Source: a virus. Taken from it: a stretch of 64,000 nt of DNA. The notes under the pieces were generated by a model. It was given only the letters and a program-made list of their open reading frames with translations, ran no database searches and was not told the origin of the DNA. Both the position numbers and the translations under genes were made by a program. This document shows, piece by piece, positions 17,429 through 27,968 of the stretch (its first letter is position 1; every line of letters begins with the position of its first letter). The stretch covers positions 64,001 through 128,000 of the IMG/VR virus record IMGVR_UViG_3300032308_001297. The stretch is one strand, 5' to 3'.

Positions 17429-19240
17429 TCACTGTTGTTGTGTTTGAGGAGCACCACCAGCTAGCGCCTTTGATGATAATCCTGGATTTTTGGCTATAAC
17501 TTGAACAGCTGCTTTGTATTTGGCTTCGTCAGCCATAGTTCTGTTAGCTTTTGGCATCTTTTTCATTTGATCTACAATAATTTCAGCTTGTCGAACTTGT
17601 TCCATTTTTTGCTGAGTTTCTGGATCAGGACCACCCATTTGACCTTCAACTCCAGGTTGAAGTCCTTGTTGACCCTGTTGACCCTGTTGTTCCATCGAAT
17701 CAGTTTGCATTGCCATCTGTTCATTACTAAGAATAGTTGGATTAATCCATCTAGACTCACCTGAATTTTGTTCTTTGTCGATTTTACTGTCTTGTTCCTT
17801 CATATCAGTATCAGTCTGTTTAAGGATATTCTTACGAATCCACTGATGACTATAATACTGTCCGGCCAATGGCTGAATTTGCGCAGCTAGCTGAATTCTA
17901 CCATTAGTTATCTCGGCATCTTTTAGCTCGCCAAAATAATTATCTGAAGAGAAATCAAAACGAATATTAGCTGACATAAACTTCCAGTCATCAAGAGTGG
18001 TAACACCTTTGAGGACCAACTGTTTTTCAAGTAACTTTAAGAATAACTGAGAAAATCTATTTCTAAGTCTTGTGACAAACTTTTCAAATTTAAGTTCGTC
18101 TCTTGTAATTTCTGTAGCTCTACCGATTGAAAATAGAGCATCTGAATTAAGTCTTGACACTGGAACATTAAGCGCCTGTAAAAACTTCTTTTGGAAGTAT
18201 AGGACGTCGTCCATTTGCCCCAGTGTCTGGCCACCTGGTAGGGTAGTAACCTCCGTACCTCTACCACCTTCACGGCGTGGTAGCCAATAGTCTTCAAGCA
18301 TAGTCATGAACTTACGATCGTCACGAATATCGCCAGTCTGTGCGTCGTAAATTAGACGGTTCTTATGCTTAACCATAATGTCGCGAACATACTGCTCTGC
18401 CTTCATCTTTGGCAAATTGCCAACATCAATATACCAAATACGACGTTCTGGTGCACGAGCAAGACGATAGATAACTAGAGCGTCTTCTAATGTTCTTAAC
18501 TGGTTAAGTGGCTTGATTGCTTTATGTAGATATGAGAGAACCATTGTTCCCTGATTGTCAGTAAGACCTGACACAATATGTAGAACTGAATCTTTAGCGA
18601 TTTTCAAACCAGTGGTTGATGGTCCAACTGATTTGTTACCAAAATTAAAACCCTTTTCATTGAAAATAAAATATTCATTAGTTGTTTTAGTAACAACTGC
18701 ATCGCCTGGATTATTTGCTTGAATTCTTTTCTTTTGCACTTCTCTAATTTTACGGATCTTACGTGGATCAACGTAACGAAGTTCTTGGATGCCTAATTGT
18801 GGAGCCTTGTCATCAATAACGACATGATAATAAAGTCGACCATCGATATACCAACGACGATAAACTTCATAAGCGTATTTGTTAAACTCTAACAAATTAA
18901 GACAATAATTAAATTCGTCTGTAATTATTTTCTTAATATTATCATTAACTTTCAAATCATCTAAATTAATTGTAACTACGTGTTCTTCGTCAATAGCAAT
19001 AGACTCGTTAACAATTTCATCAATAGCAGCATCGCATTCTGGCTGTAATGACATTTCGCGATATTTTGTAACAAGTTCTGCTTCTGATCTTACTGTGCCA
19101 TCAAGGTCAACATAAGTTCCGAATGCACCGCCAGCAGATACGACTACTGCTCCGTCATCCGTATTACTTGGTGGTGTAAAGGATGGGAGCTCTTGATCTT
19201 TAAGTTTTTTACGGAATTCGAAACCGAATAATTCTGCCAT
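17429..19240 (-). CDS. gp20: Portal vertex protein
   Basis: MAELFGF, RWYIDGR, LEDALVIYRLARAPERR, EDYWLPRREGGRGTEVTTLPGGQ; Gln-rich C-terminal extension. Confidence 0.98.
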   Translation of the reverse strand: MAELFGFEFRKKLKDQELPSFTPPSNTDDGAVVVSAGGAFGTYVDLDGTVRSEAELVTKYREMSLQPECDAAIDEIVNESIAIDEEHVVTINLDDLKVNDNIKKIITDEFNYCLNLLEFNKYAYEVYRRWYIDGRLYYHVVIDDKAPQLGIQELRYVDPRKIRKIREVQKKRIQANNPGDAVVTKTTNEYFIFNEKGFNFGNKSVGPSTTGLKIAKDSVLHIVSGLTDNQGTMVLSYLHKAIKPLNQLRTLEDALVIYRLARAPERRIWYIDVGNLPKMKAEQYVRDIMVKHKNRLIYDAQTGDIRDDRKFMTMLEDYWLPRREGGRGTEVTTLPGGQTLGQMDDVLYFQKKFLQALNVPVSRLNSDALFSIGRATEITRDELKFEKFVTRLRNRFSQLFLKLLEKQLVLKGVTTLDDWKFMSANIRFDFSSDNYFGELKDAEITNGRIQLAAQIQPLAGQYYSHQWIRKNILKQTDTDMKEQDSKIDKEQNSGESRWINPTILSNEQMAMQTDSMEQQGQQGQQGLQPGVEGQMGGPDPETQQKMEQVRQAEIIVDQMKKMPKANRTMADEAKYKAAVQVIAKNPGLSSKALAGGAPQTQQQ

Positions 19241-19256
19241 TTAATTCTCCAATAAT

Positions 19257-19277
19257 GGGAGAGGATTAACCTCTCCC
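19257..19277. other. Stem-loop between gp19 and gp20 (attenuator or stabilising hairpin)
   Basis: GGGAGAGG-ATTAA-CCTCTCCC, between a TATAAGTA late-promoter variant (19287-19294, minus) and the gp20 SD. Confidence 0.6.
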
Positions 19278-19298
19278 TTCATGTTATACTTATAATTA

Positions 19299-19913
19299 TT
19301 AAGATGGACCGTTTGGACCGTCAATAATTGACTGTGGTCCGTAAATATTGATTCCACCAGCCTTCTTATCAGATGCTTCAACCACTGGAACCCAGTAATC
19401 GTATGCAAAGGCAACAGTGAATTCTTCAATGTTATTTGCTGAATTCCAATCAACGCCGATACCGCTAACTGCAGTTGGGAAAGCTCCAACTAGAAGATAT
19501 GAACGGATGTCTGAACCGTCAACACTATATTGGATGATCTCAAGATCAGCTTTATACTGTTCGGCAGCAACAGCAGGATCACGAACGTTAGCAACCATAC
19601 GATTAATAGCGTTTGACCATGCTTCGAACATTGAACGAACAGCGAAATCTTCGTCGTTCATTACAGTTACTGACCAATCAGCAAAAGTTCTTTCGCCAGC
19701 AACCTTAACCTTACGGCCAAAGTATGGAACGTCGATTGAGCTTATTGTTGATTCTGGAAGTTCCGCTGCACGACAAACGAAGCGAAACTTGTCTACTGAA
19801 ACCAAATCAATGCCAATACCAGCAGGAACTGATAGAAAAACATTGAAGAGGGATGGTCTGGCGCCACCATACACCAGACCGTTTGATTTGAAAGCTGCGA
19901 TATTAAAAGGCAT
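19299..19913 (-). CDS. gp19: Tail tube protein
   Basis: GGARPSLF, CRAAELP, VPYFGR.VKVAGERTFADWSVTVMNDEDF, IEEFTV.FAYDYW. Confidence 0.95.
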   Translation of the reverse strand: MPFNIAAFKSNGLVYGGARPSLFNVFLSVPAGIGIDLVSVDKFRFVCRAAELPESTISSIDVPYFGRKVKVAGERTFADWSVTVMNDEDFAVRSMFEAWSNAINRMVANVRDPAVAAEQYKADLEIIQYSVDGSDIRSYLLVGAFPTAVSGIGVDWNSANNIEEFTVAFAYDYWVPVVEASDKKAGGINIYGPQSIIDGPNGPS

Positions 19914-19943
19914 CTATGTACTCCTTTGAGTTTTATCTATTTA

Positions 19944-22514
19944 TTAAAACTTGCCAACAACTTCGGAGAACTGAACGCCAGATGGAACAGCCACGAAATT
20001 AAGTTGGATGAAGTTGATGCTTCTCGCAGGTTTAATATAAATGTCGCCAACAAACTGGTTACTGTCGATAATCTGTGGAGTGTTATTGGTGTCGTCACAG
20101 ACAACCATGAAGTCAGTAATACCACGACGACCTTGAACAGTTCTTAGGTATGGTGTTACAAGGTTCTTGAACTGTGCTCTAGTGAATGCATCGTTGAACT
20201 CGAATAGTGAGTATTTAGCAGCAGTAGAGATAGCTTTTTCAAGAACAATGAACAGACGACGAACATTGATTCGATCGAACGCTGATGGTTTGGCCTGTAG
20301 AGTTTTATCTCCGAATAGGACAGTTCCCTGACCAGGAGAAGTAATAACAGGGTTAATACCATTGGAGTAGATTACATCACGTTCAGACTTGCGTGGATTC
20401 CAAGCAAGTTTTATAACGTTTTTAATCTGACCACGGTTATAACCAGCTGGCGACCACCAAGCATCGTTTGTATTATCAGTGCGTACGCATGTACCAGCGA
20501 TATCACCATTAAGCGGAATCCAACGGTACAGATCGTTATACTTATCGTATTGATACTTATAACCAGAATCCAATACAGCGTAAGAAGTGCTACGTAGAGC
20601 TCCTCTCCAGTTTTTGAGACTTGTAGCTTCGTTTCCGAGATTATTAAGAACCATGTTCTTGTCTGGAGAAATTAAAGCAACGCAATCTTTTCTTGTTTCA
20701 ACTAGGTTATCAATGATATAGTTAGCTAGTTGATAATTCTGTATTGTCTGACCATTAACAACAGTAGTACCACCGATTGGTTTACCTTGAAGAACAAGAG
20801 AAATATCAATATCTTCAGCTGACTGGAACATATCATAAGCTGAACCCAAGATAGATAGGGTTGCTGATGATTCGTTCAGACCGTCTGCACCGCATGTGAA
20901 GTTTGCGTTCAACGGAGCAGTAGCAGAAGAGCTAGTTAAGTTTAGAGCGTTATTTGAAGTAGCCTGTGAGCGATCACGAGCCCACCAAACATATTCAGAA
21001 ACCTGATTGATAACATCTTTATAATAATTACTTGAACCATCATCAGTCTTAGCGTCTGTTGCGCGAGATAGACCTCTGAATGTTTCAAGAACAGTTCCTG
21101 GAGTGCCGGAGAATAAACCGTCCTCATCAACTACAACAACGTGAAGTTCGTCGTGTGCAGAAGTATTACCACTAAAAAGCTGGTAATTAGACTGACCTGG
21201 AGCAGTTTCAACAACGTTAAAGAACTCCCAATAACGCTGAACAGTGTTTGAAACATATCCTTCGCGAAGTCTATATGGATCTTCGAAGTTAATTTTCAAC
21301 ACGTTAGTGTTTGAAACAAAAAGACCATTGGCGCCAGAAGTAGCAATTACACTTATTTCTGAGCCGTAAGGAGTAGTGGATAGTTTGAAACCAGTGCTAT
21401 TAGCAGCAACGATATAATAATTTGTTCCAGAAGTTAGACCAGAAACAACAGAATTACCCGCAGCATTACTATAAACAACTGTTTCGCCGTTGCTGAAAGG
21501 ATGACCAGAAGCAGTTATGAATCCAGTATTACTGTTAATATCGCTATTACCATTAAAGGTGGCGTTAGCAGCAACATTTCCGTTTAACACAAAAGTGTTT
21601 GAAACAGATACGCTTGTAACTTGTAGGTACTGCATTCCAATAGAAGCATTTCCTGATAGAATCTGATCGCCTGTTGAAATTAGACCAGCAACAACGTTGG
21701 CTGACGCATTAGTTGTTCCAGAGAACATTACTAGCGCTGCATTAGATCCAACACGGAAATCAACCATAGCAGTTATAGAAGAGTTTGTAACTGCAACATT
21801 TGACTGATATGAGGCAGCGTTATCGCAAACGCCGATACGTAGAGAGTTACCCATAGCTCCTGGATATTTTGCAACCCAAGCGATATCTGCGTCGAAAGTT
21901 CCGTCTTTCTGGGTGTAAGTTTCTGAATTTTTTACAATCTGATTTACTAGATTTGCAGCAACTCCACCAGAAGTAGAAGTATTTGAGTCGAAAGCAATAG
22001 CAGTATAAACTGTTTGTGGGCGACCGAAATATAAAGAAACTGCACCGTTAGTAGAAGGATTATATGAAAGAACAATAGCTGAAGAGTTCTTCGAAAGAAC
22101 AGTAACATTTTCTCCAGCAGTTCTAATTGATGCATTTGAAGTTTGAGTTACATACATACCAACTTCAATAGCAGCCAAAGCTGTAGAATTAGCAACTATG
22201 TAAGCGTTAACAGAAGTGTTTCCTACTGCAGAAACCCATGGCGTTGAACCGCCAGTATTAGCAGCACGAGAAATCCACAAACGATTAGCGTATGATAGGA
22301 AGTTAGCAGCAGTAAACCATGTTTCTGGGTTGAAATTTGTTGGTTTAGCGAATCTATTAACAAGCTGATTTTCGGAATCAACGAGAATTCTTTCGCCAAT
22401 CGGACCCCAACGGAAAACGCCAGCAAAAGCGCCATCTGATGTGGCAACGGCTGGAACTACCGTAGTAAGATCGATTTCTGAAACGTTAACACCTGGGCTT
22501 AATTGAAATGCCAT
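19944..22514 (-). CDS. gp18: Contractile tail sheath protein, enlarged by inserted domains
   Basis: MAFQLSPGVNVSEIDLT, FRWGP, WWSPAGYNRG, FDRINVRRLF, IKPARSINFIQLNF; 856 aa. Confidence 0.97.
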   Translation of the reverse strand: MAFQLSPGVNVSEIDLTTVVPAVATSDGAFAGVFRWGPIGERILVDSENQLVNRFAKPTNFNPETWFTAANFLSYANRLWISRAANTGGSTPWVSAVGNTSVNAYIVANSTALAAIEVGMYVTQTSNASIRTAGENVTVLSKNSSAIVLSYNPSTNGAVSLYFGRPQTVYTAIAFDSNTSTSGGVAANLVNQIVKNSETYTQKDGTFDADIAWVAKYPGAMGNSLRIGVCDNAASYQSNVAVTNSSITAMVDFRVGSNAALVMFSGTTNASANVVAGLISTGDQILSGNASIGMQYLQVTSVSVSNTFVLNGNVAANATFNGNSDINSNTGFITASGHPFSNGETVVYSNAAGNSVVSGLTSGTNYYIVAANSTGFKLSTTPYGSEISVIATSGANGLFVSNTNVLKINFEDPYRLREGYVSNTVQRYWEFFNVVETAPGQSNYQLFSGNTSAHDELHVVVVDEDGLFSGTPGTVLETFRGLSRATDAKTDDGSSNYYKDVINQVSEYVWWARDRSQATSNNALNLTSSSATAPLNANFTCGADGLNESSATLSILGSAYDMFQSAEDIDISLVLQGKPIGGTTVVNGQTIQNYQLANYIIDNLVETRKDCVALISPDKNMVLNNLGNEATSLKNWRGALRSTSYAVLDSGYKYQYDKYNDLYRWIPLNGDIAGTCVRTDNTNDAWWSPAGYNRGQIKNVIKLAWNPRKSERDVIYSNGINPVITSPGQGTVLFGDKTLQAKPSAFDRINVRRLFIVLEKAISTAAKYSLFEFNDAFTRAQFKNLVTPYLRTVQGRRGITDFMVVCDDTNNTPQIIDSNQFVGDIYIKPARSINFIQLNFVAVPSGVQFSEVVGKF

Positions 22515-22558
22515 TTTTATATCTCCCTGTATGCGAGAACTTGGTTATTATTTTCTTA

Positions 22559-22566
22559 TATTTATA
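22559..22566 (-). promoter_or_regulatory. T4-type late promoter upstream of gp18
   Basis: TATAAATA on the minus strand. Confidence 0.85.
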
Positions 22567-22578
22567 AAATGACCTTCT

Positions 22579-24219
22579 TTAGAACATGTCAGGAGTGTTC
22601 CACATCCAGGCGTCACCAACGTATTTTTCATATTCTTCTTCATAAAATTCTTCTCTTCCAGAATCCACAAACCCAAAAGGAGCCAGATCTTGCTCCATAT
22701 CATCTTCAGTTTTATCCCTCAAAGAATTTAGGGTGTTGATATTAGTATAATCTTTAAAATATTGCTGGTCTGACAACCAAGCAAAAAGAACCAGACACAT
22801 CACCAAGTCATCATGTTTTCCTGGCTCTGCCTCGTAAGAAGTTCCTTTTTTAGAAAAAGTTCCTAATTCGCTAATTGTATTAATTTCATTCACAATAAAT
22901 TGGTTTTGTTCGATCAAAAGTTTTAGAATTGAACATCCAACCGATTTGACTATTTTAGTAGTTCTAATGCCTTTATCAACATTAGTGCCGCCAAACCCAG
23001 CAGTAATTCTTTTCCCTGAACGACCAGCGTTTTCAGTAAACAAAACATGTTCGTAGCCGAAATCGTAGTGAAGAGAGTGTGAAACCTGTTCGCCAATGTC
23101 GTTTACCTCTACTAGAACTGAAGCGTTGTTATATGCTTTGGCTATTCGGTGAATAACATCGGCATAATCAACAGGAGTAATATTATTGTTCCTATAAACC
23201 CCGACCTGATTATATGGCATAGATGTAACATCAACTAACTGAAACGCTGAATAATCTAGACCTTTACCACGAGAAACGTCGCAAACCATCATATAAACAC
23301 GGTTTGGTTCTGGTTGAATGAATTGTGTAAAACCTTCTTTTTGTAAGACAGGAGCTCGAGCTACCAATTCTTTTAATTTCCAACCAGCAATAAGAGTGCC
23401 CGACGAACCTAAGAATTCGCAGTTATATTCCTGATCGAACTTCTCTAAGTCGAAGTTCATACCAGCCAGAGTATCAGCTTTCCACTTTTCGTCTCTACCA
23501 GGAACAGCTGTCCAATGAACTAGAATTGGATGATAACCATTAGTTCCCTGTTGAGCGTTTGCCCAAGTAGCATGGAAATGGTTCAAACCATTTGGAGTGG
23601 AAACGAGAATAATCTTTGATTCTGAACCTGATGAAATTGTAGGATAAACCGAAGTAAAGAATTCGTCCCAGTTCTCAATGAACGCCGCTTCGTCGATGAA
23701 TAAAAGGTTGATAGAATATCCACGGATGGCAGAAGCTGACGTTGCAGCAGCCAAAACACGGCTGTTATTTTCAAGAACGAACGAACCTTTGTTCCATTCA
23801 ACCACACCTTGCTGTAACCATTTCGGCAGATGCTGATAAGCAAGCTGAATACGACCCAAAATTTCTCTAGCCGTATCGCCTTTATTGGCTAGTAGAGCGA
23901 CTGTTTTGTCTGGGTTGAATATGATATACCAAAGAATAAATGCACAGGTTGTAGTCGACTTACCTGCCTGACGAGCGGTTGTAACAATAGAATAACGATT
24001 GTCTTTGAAAGAACGAACCATCTCTTTCTGATATTCATACATATCAAAACTAGTGAGACCCTCATTAATCGAGATAATTTTCATATAGTTTTCGGTAAAA
24101 TATACAGGGTCTTGTTGACACTTAACATATTCTTGAACTAAATCTTCAGTCCATTCAATGTTTTGATTAGTTTTCTTTAGAAGAACATTACCCTTATAAC
24201 CACCAGTCAAATCATTCAT
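22579..24219 (-). CDS. gp17: Terminase large subunit
   Basis: ARQAGKST, LFIDEAAF, STPNG, DVSRG.GLDYSAF, HDDLVM. Confidence 0.97.
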   Translation of the reverse strand: MNDLTGGYKGNVLLKKTNQNIEWTEDLVQEYVKCQQDPVYFTENYMKIISINEGLTSFDMYEYQKEMVRSFKDNRYSIVTTARQAGKSTTTCAFILWYIIFNPDKTVALLANKGDTAREILGRIQLAYQHLPKWLQQGVVEWNKGSFVLENNSRVLAAATSASAIRGYSINLLFIDEAAFIENWDEFFTSVYPTISSGSESKIILVSTPNGLNHFHATWANAQQGTNGYHPILVHWTAVPGRDEKWKADTLAGMNFDLEKFDQEYNCEFLGSSGTLIAGWKLKELVARAPVLQKEGFTQFIQPEPNRVYMMVCDVSRGKGLDYSAFQLVDVTSMPYNQVGVYRNNNITPVDYADVIHRIAKAYNNASVLVEVNDIGEQVSHSLHYDFGYEHVLFTENAGRSGKRITAGFGGTNVDKGIRTTKIVKSVGCSILKLLIEQNQFIVNEINTISELGTFSKKGTSYEAEPGKHDDLVMCLVLFAWLSDQQYFKDYTNINTLNSLRDKTEDDMEQDLAPFGFVDSGREEFYEEEYEKYVGDAWMWNTPDMF

Positions 24220-24628
24220 TGTTCTTCATATCCTTGAGAACTTTTTGTAATTCTGCAGTTGAACCAACGAATAGATTATTATTGATGGTTTGGGCTTTTT
24301 CATTGATTGGAGAATCTTTAGCGTCTATCTCGCGGATTTTGGTTTGTAGCTCCAATAGTTCTTTATTGGTGTTTACCATTGTATCCATAAGTTTAGCCAA
24401 AACTTCGAAAGCTCTCGGATGTTGCGACTGGCCAGCTATTTCTGATAACTTGTCCATAGCCTCTTGACCTGTTTGGATTACTTCGTATAAATTTGCACGT
24501 GCTGCTTCGAAATCATTTCGAGCAGAATCATCATGCGCTTTAGCAATTAAAGCATCTATTTGTTTTTCGTTGACCAATGGAGCAAGATCTAGAGCTTTGC
24601 CGATTGGATCCTTTTCGTCATCATTCAT
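24212..24628 (-). CDS. gp16: Terminase small subunit
   Basis: DFEAARANL...HPRAFEVLAKL...NNNLFVGSTAELQK. Confidence 0.92.
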   Translation of the reverse strand: MNDDEKDPIGKALDLAPLVNEKQIDALIAKAHDDSARNDFEAARANLYEVIQTGQEAMDKLSEIAGQSQHPRAFEVLAKLMDTMVNTNKELLELQTKIREIDAKDSPINEKAQTINNNLFVGSTAELQKVLKDMKNNE

Positions 24629-25493
24629 TCAACTCATCTGAATTGTATATCATGGTAATGTATCCATAATCATCATCAGCCTCAATTTCAGTATATGGTA
24701 TAGTTCCGGTGCTTGTATTTGGGCCACCCGTCCAGTTTATCGCCACTCCTGTGTTCGATAATCCTGGTTGTATCGTGACCTTTTCTGCGATTTCAGTGTT
24801 GCCAACCGCATCTGCGAGTTTACCATCAGCGACCGAAGGGATATAAAAGTTAGTATTGATAAACTTAATAATACCAGATTTTTTAACAGGTCCATAGAAA
24901 TATCCTTTCAATAAGAAATCCAAAGACCAGATAATCATTCGACGATCTTTGTAATCTCCATCGTATTTATCTTCATAATTAATATTAGTTAATATGATTG
25001 GTATGTCCATTGTAATTTCCATTTCTGGAATAAGATTACAAGTGGTTGTCCAATCTGGAGTAAAATACGGAAGTATTTGCTCCATAATTTTAGTTCCATC
25101 TTCAACATTTTTTACATATATAAACGCTTTAAATGATATATTATAAGGAACTGGGTTATATTGATATTTTAGTTTACTTGGGGAACCAGTAATAGCAGTG
25201 TTTACTACACTTTTTCCAATAGTGTTTAACTTACGTGTTCCATCATATTTTATTTCTCCCATTTCGAAAGAAATCATAGGTAGCGGTCCAACAGCTGTTC
25301 CTTTATCTAATGCTGGATCTTGAAAGACACGAGCAAGCATTTTGTCTTTTGGACCATATGTAATCGGAACCTTTAATAACGCTGTTACATTTCCCGAACT
25401 ATCTGTTCTGGTTATACGAATATTATTGAGCAAAGTTCCCATGAGGATAACATATTTGCGCATTAAACTGAAATAAAATGGAGCGCCAAACAT
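24621..25493 (-). CDS. gp15: Tail sheath stabiliser / terminator
   Basis: RKYVILMGTLLNNI, VPITYGPKDK, EQILPYFTP, DIPIIL. Confidence 0.92.
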   Translation of the reverse strand: MFGAPFYFSLMRKYVILMGTLLNNIRITRTDSSGNVTALLKVPITYGPKDKMLARVFQDPALDKGTAVGPLPMISFEMGEIKYDGTRKLNTIGKSVVNTAITGSPSKLKYQYNPVPYNISFKAFIYVKNVEDGTKIMEQILPYFTPDWTTTCNLIPEMEITMDIPIILTNINYEDKYDGDYKDRRMIIWSLDFLLKGYFYGPVKKSGIIKFINTNFYIPSVADGKLADAVGNTEIAEKVTIQPGLSNTGVAINWTGGPNTSTGTIPYTEIEADDDYGYITMIYNSDELNE

Positions 25494-26218
25494 TAAATGG
25501 TTCCTTCGCTAAATGGATCTGCAGAACTGAAGTCGACAAATAAATCGGATTCTCTTTGAATTTCGTCGCTATCGTCTGCGATAACTAAGTCAGAAGCAGA
25601 TTTACCTTCTAGAATTAGATAATCACCATCTTCTGTTTTAATTGGACCTCCGTCCGAATCATCATCAATAGACCAATCAAGAATATTAGTGCTATAATTC
25701 TGTTGAATGATATCTATTTCTGGTATGCCTGTGCTGAATTTTTCTCCAGCATATTCGAATACTTCGCAAGTCATTTCCCAAGTTTGTAGAGCGCCCAACT
25801 GATAAAACATTTCATACTTATTAACATAACGAATAACAAATGCTCTTTGGTTTAATGGGAAATAAATTATATCTCCTTCGTTTGGTCTAACCTGTGTTGT
25901 ATATTCCCCGACGTCTTCATTAAATCTTCTTCTTGCAATAGAGAATACAACTTGATTACGAATTTCCACACCAAACTTAGAAAGAAACTCGCCATCCCCA
26001 GTAAATCCATCAATAGATTTGATATACATTTCTACAGGATATGAAGATTCATAGCTAGAAATATCATCTGAACCATAAACATCATCGTAATTATTAAGTT
26101 TACGAGGAAGGTAATAAATGTCATGTCCATAAATTTTGATAGCTTCAATAACCAGATCTTCCAGAAGAAGCTGCTCTTGAGATGCTTGAAAGTTATTGAA
26201 GAAAAAATTTGTGGCCAT
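25493..26218 (-). CDS. gp14: Neck protein
   Basis: EQLLLEDLVIEAIKIYG, FLSKFG, RPNEGDIIYFP, FYQLG, DPFSE. Confidence 0.93.
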   Translation of the reverse strand: MATNFFFNNFQASQEQLLLEDLVIEAIKIYGHDIYYLPRKLNNYDDVYGSDDISSYESSYPVEMYIKSIDGFTGDGEFLSKFGVEIRNQVVFSIARRRFNEDVGEYTTQVRPNEGDIIYFPLNQRAFVIRYVNKYEMFYQLGALQTWEMTCEVFEYAGEKFSTGIPEIDIIQQNYSTNILDWSIDDDSDGGPIKTEDGDYLILEGKSASDLVIADDSDEIQRESDLFVDFSSADPFSEGTI

Positions 26219-26220
26219 GA

Positions 26221-26961
26221 TTATCCAATCATATCAGTTGCTGGCAAGCTGTATGAGTAGATCATTTCTTTTTCGAGTTGTTCTCTTTCGGCTGTTGCCT
26301 CGTCATAAATCTGTTGGCCGTTGAATTCAATTCCACCAGGAAGTTTCATTCCACGGAACTTCTTCATGTTCTGACCCCATTGCTGTTTAATCAAACAAGA
26401 AGCATAACGTCCTAACCAACGATCACCCCAAGCATCTGTATAAACGTCAGGATCAACGACTTGATATGCTTCAACAATAAGATAATTATTAACAGAAACC
26501 TGATCCCAAGACATATCAATATAAAGTCTATTAATGTGTCTATTATATCTTAAAGGTTGTTTACCAACTAGCATCTGTTCTAAGAATTGAACATGATTCA
26601 TAGCCATATAATATGGAACCATGGAAACTGATGTTAGGGTATAAAGGTCATTAAGAGCAATTTGATAACGAATATTGAATAAATTATTCAAACCTAAAGC
26701 AGAACCAAGGTCAAAAATATTTACAACGCCGATAATGTTTTCTGGCATTGTGATATATTTGTTATCAATATCTGATTGCGTTAACAATCTTTTATAATAA
26801 GTTTTCTCGGAACCATCAAAATGATAATCCCAATAATATCTTAATGCTTCGTCGATACGATCACCTACTTGGTCCTCGTCGACATTAATTTCAATAACTG
26901 GTTTACCTAATTTTCTTAGGCAAAATTCTGTAAATTCTGCTCTTGATGTTGGTACTGCCAT
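26221..26961 (-). CDS. gp13: Neck protein
   Basis: CLRKLGKPVIEINVDEDQV.DRIDEAL, KQQWGQNMKKF.GMKLPGG. Confidence 0.94.
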   Translation of the reverse strand: MAVPTSRAEFTEFCLRKLGKPVIEINVDEDQVGDRIDEALRYYWDYHFDGSEKTYYKRLLTQSDIDNKYITMPENIIGVVNIFDLGSALGLNNLFNIRYQIALNDLYTLTSVSMVPYYMAMNHVQFLEQMLVGKQPLRYNRHINRLYIDMSWDQVSVNNYLIVEAYQVVDPDVYTDAWGDRWLGRYASCLIKQQWGQNMKKFRGMKLPGGIEFNGQQIYDEATAEREQLEKEMIYSYSLPATDMIG

Positions 26962-26971
26962 TTTCCTGTCC

Positions 26972-27937
26972 TTATTGGATCTTTTTATTTAATTCTTTAA
27001 TAGCTTCAATCAACAGAGCAACAATTCTATCATATTTAACAGCTTTAGTTCCATCATTTCTTGTAACAACTACTTCTGGTAGAACCTTTTCGAGTTGGTC
27101 GGCGATAACACCAACGTCATGTTTACGAATAAAATAACCATCTTCGCCGCCATGCTCTTCGATGTATTGGTCAGTCCAATCGAACTCAACGCCATCAAGC
27201 CACAGAACTTTATCAAGAGCGTTTGGAATTGGTTTAATGTTTTCTTTAAGAGAAGCATCAGAAGAATAGTAAGCAGTAATATTATTAACAGCACGAATTT
27301 CGCCAGATGTTCCAGAGGCTGGAGTTCCAACACCAAGAGATTGAATCTGCGAAACACCAGTTGTTACTGCAGTGTTCATTGTTGTAAGACCAGAAACAGT
27401 AAGGTTATTACTCATGTTAACAAGTCTAAGATTAGTTGTAGAGCTTACAACATTAAGAGTTCCGCCAATAACAGCGTTTCCTGTAACAGATATACTAGAA
27501 CTGAAATTACCATTACCGCTGAAACTCATTTGATTAGAAAAAGTAGCTGCGCCCGTAATCAATACAGTATTAGAAAAAGTAGCTGCGCCATTAACATTTA
27601 ACGGTCCATTGAAAGTACCATTGCCACTAAAATTCATCTGGTTGGAAAAGGTAGCAGAGCCAGTTACTAAGATTGTATTGGCGAATGTAGCTGCACCATT
27701 TATATTAAGACCACCAGTAGCAGTAATAGTGGAGATCGTAGCAGTATTAACGTTTAATGTTCCAGTAATTTGACAATTACCGATAACGTTGGCAAACCCT
27801 GTTATTTCGGTGTTACCGTTTACTGATAGAACTTGACCTGGAGTTAATGTGTTTATACCAACCTTTCCGTTTCTTACAGACAGAAGGCTGGTATTTACTA
27901 TAAGACCGTTCTTTACGATAAAATCTGAATTTGCCAT
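26972..27937 (-). CDS. Fibre protein with C-terminal intramolecular chaperone (peptidase S74)
   Basis: N-terminal DFIVKNGL motif, beta-repeat shaft, SSDASLKENI...GVIADQLEKVLPEVV...VKYDRIVALLIEAIKEL; start revised to 27937. Confidence 0.82.
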   Translation of the reverse strand: MANSDFIVKNGLIVNTSLLSVRNGKVGINTLTPGQVLSVNGNTEITGFANVIGNCQITGTLNVNTATISTITATGGLNINGAATFANTILVTGSATFSNQMNFSGNGTFNGPLNVNGAATFSNTVLITGAATFSNQMSFSGNGNFSSSISVTGNAVIGGTLNVVSSTTNLRLVNMSNNLTVSGLTTMNTAVTTGVSQIQSLGVGTPASGTSGEIRAVNNITAYYSSDASLKENIKPIPNALDKVLWLDGVEFDWTDQYIEEHGGEDGYFIRKHDVGVIADQLEKVLPEVVVTRNDGTKAVKYDRIVALLIEAIKELNKKIQ

Positions 27938-27968
27938 GGTTCCCTTTCCCCTATGTCGTTTTAAGTAT

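Noticed and set aside
5318-24219. Inteins, introns or homing endonucleases in gp46, uvsW, gp23, gp20 or gp17
   Set aside because: Lengths are near normal, and no intein, HNH, GIY-YIG or LAGLIDADG motifs were seen.
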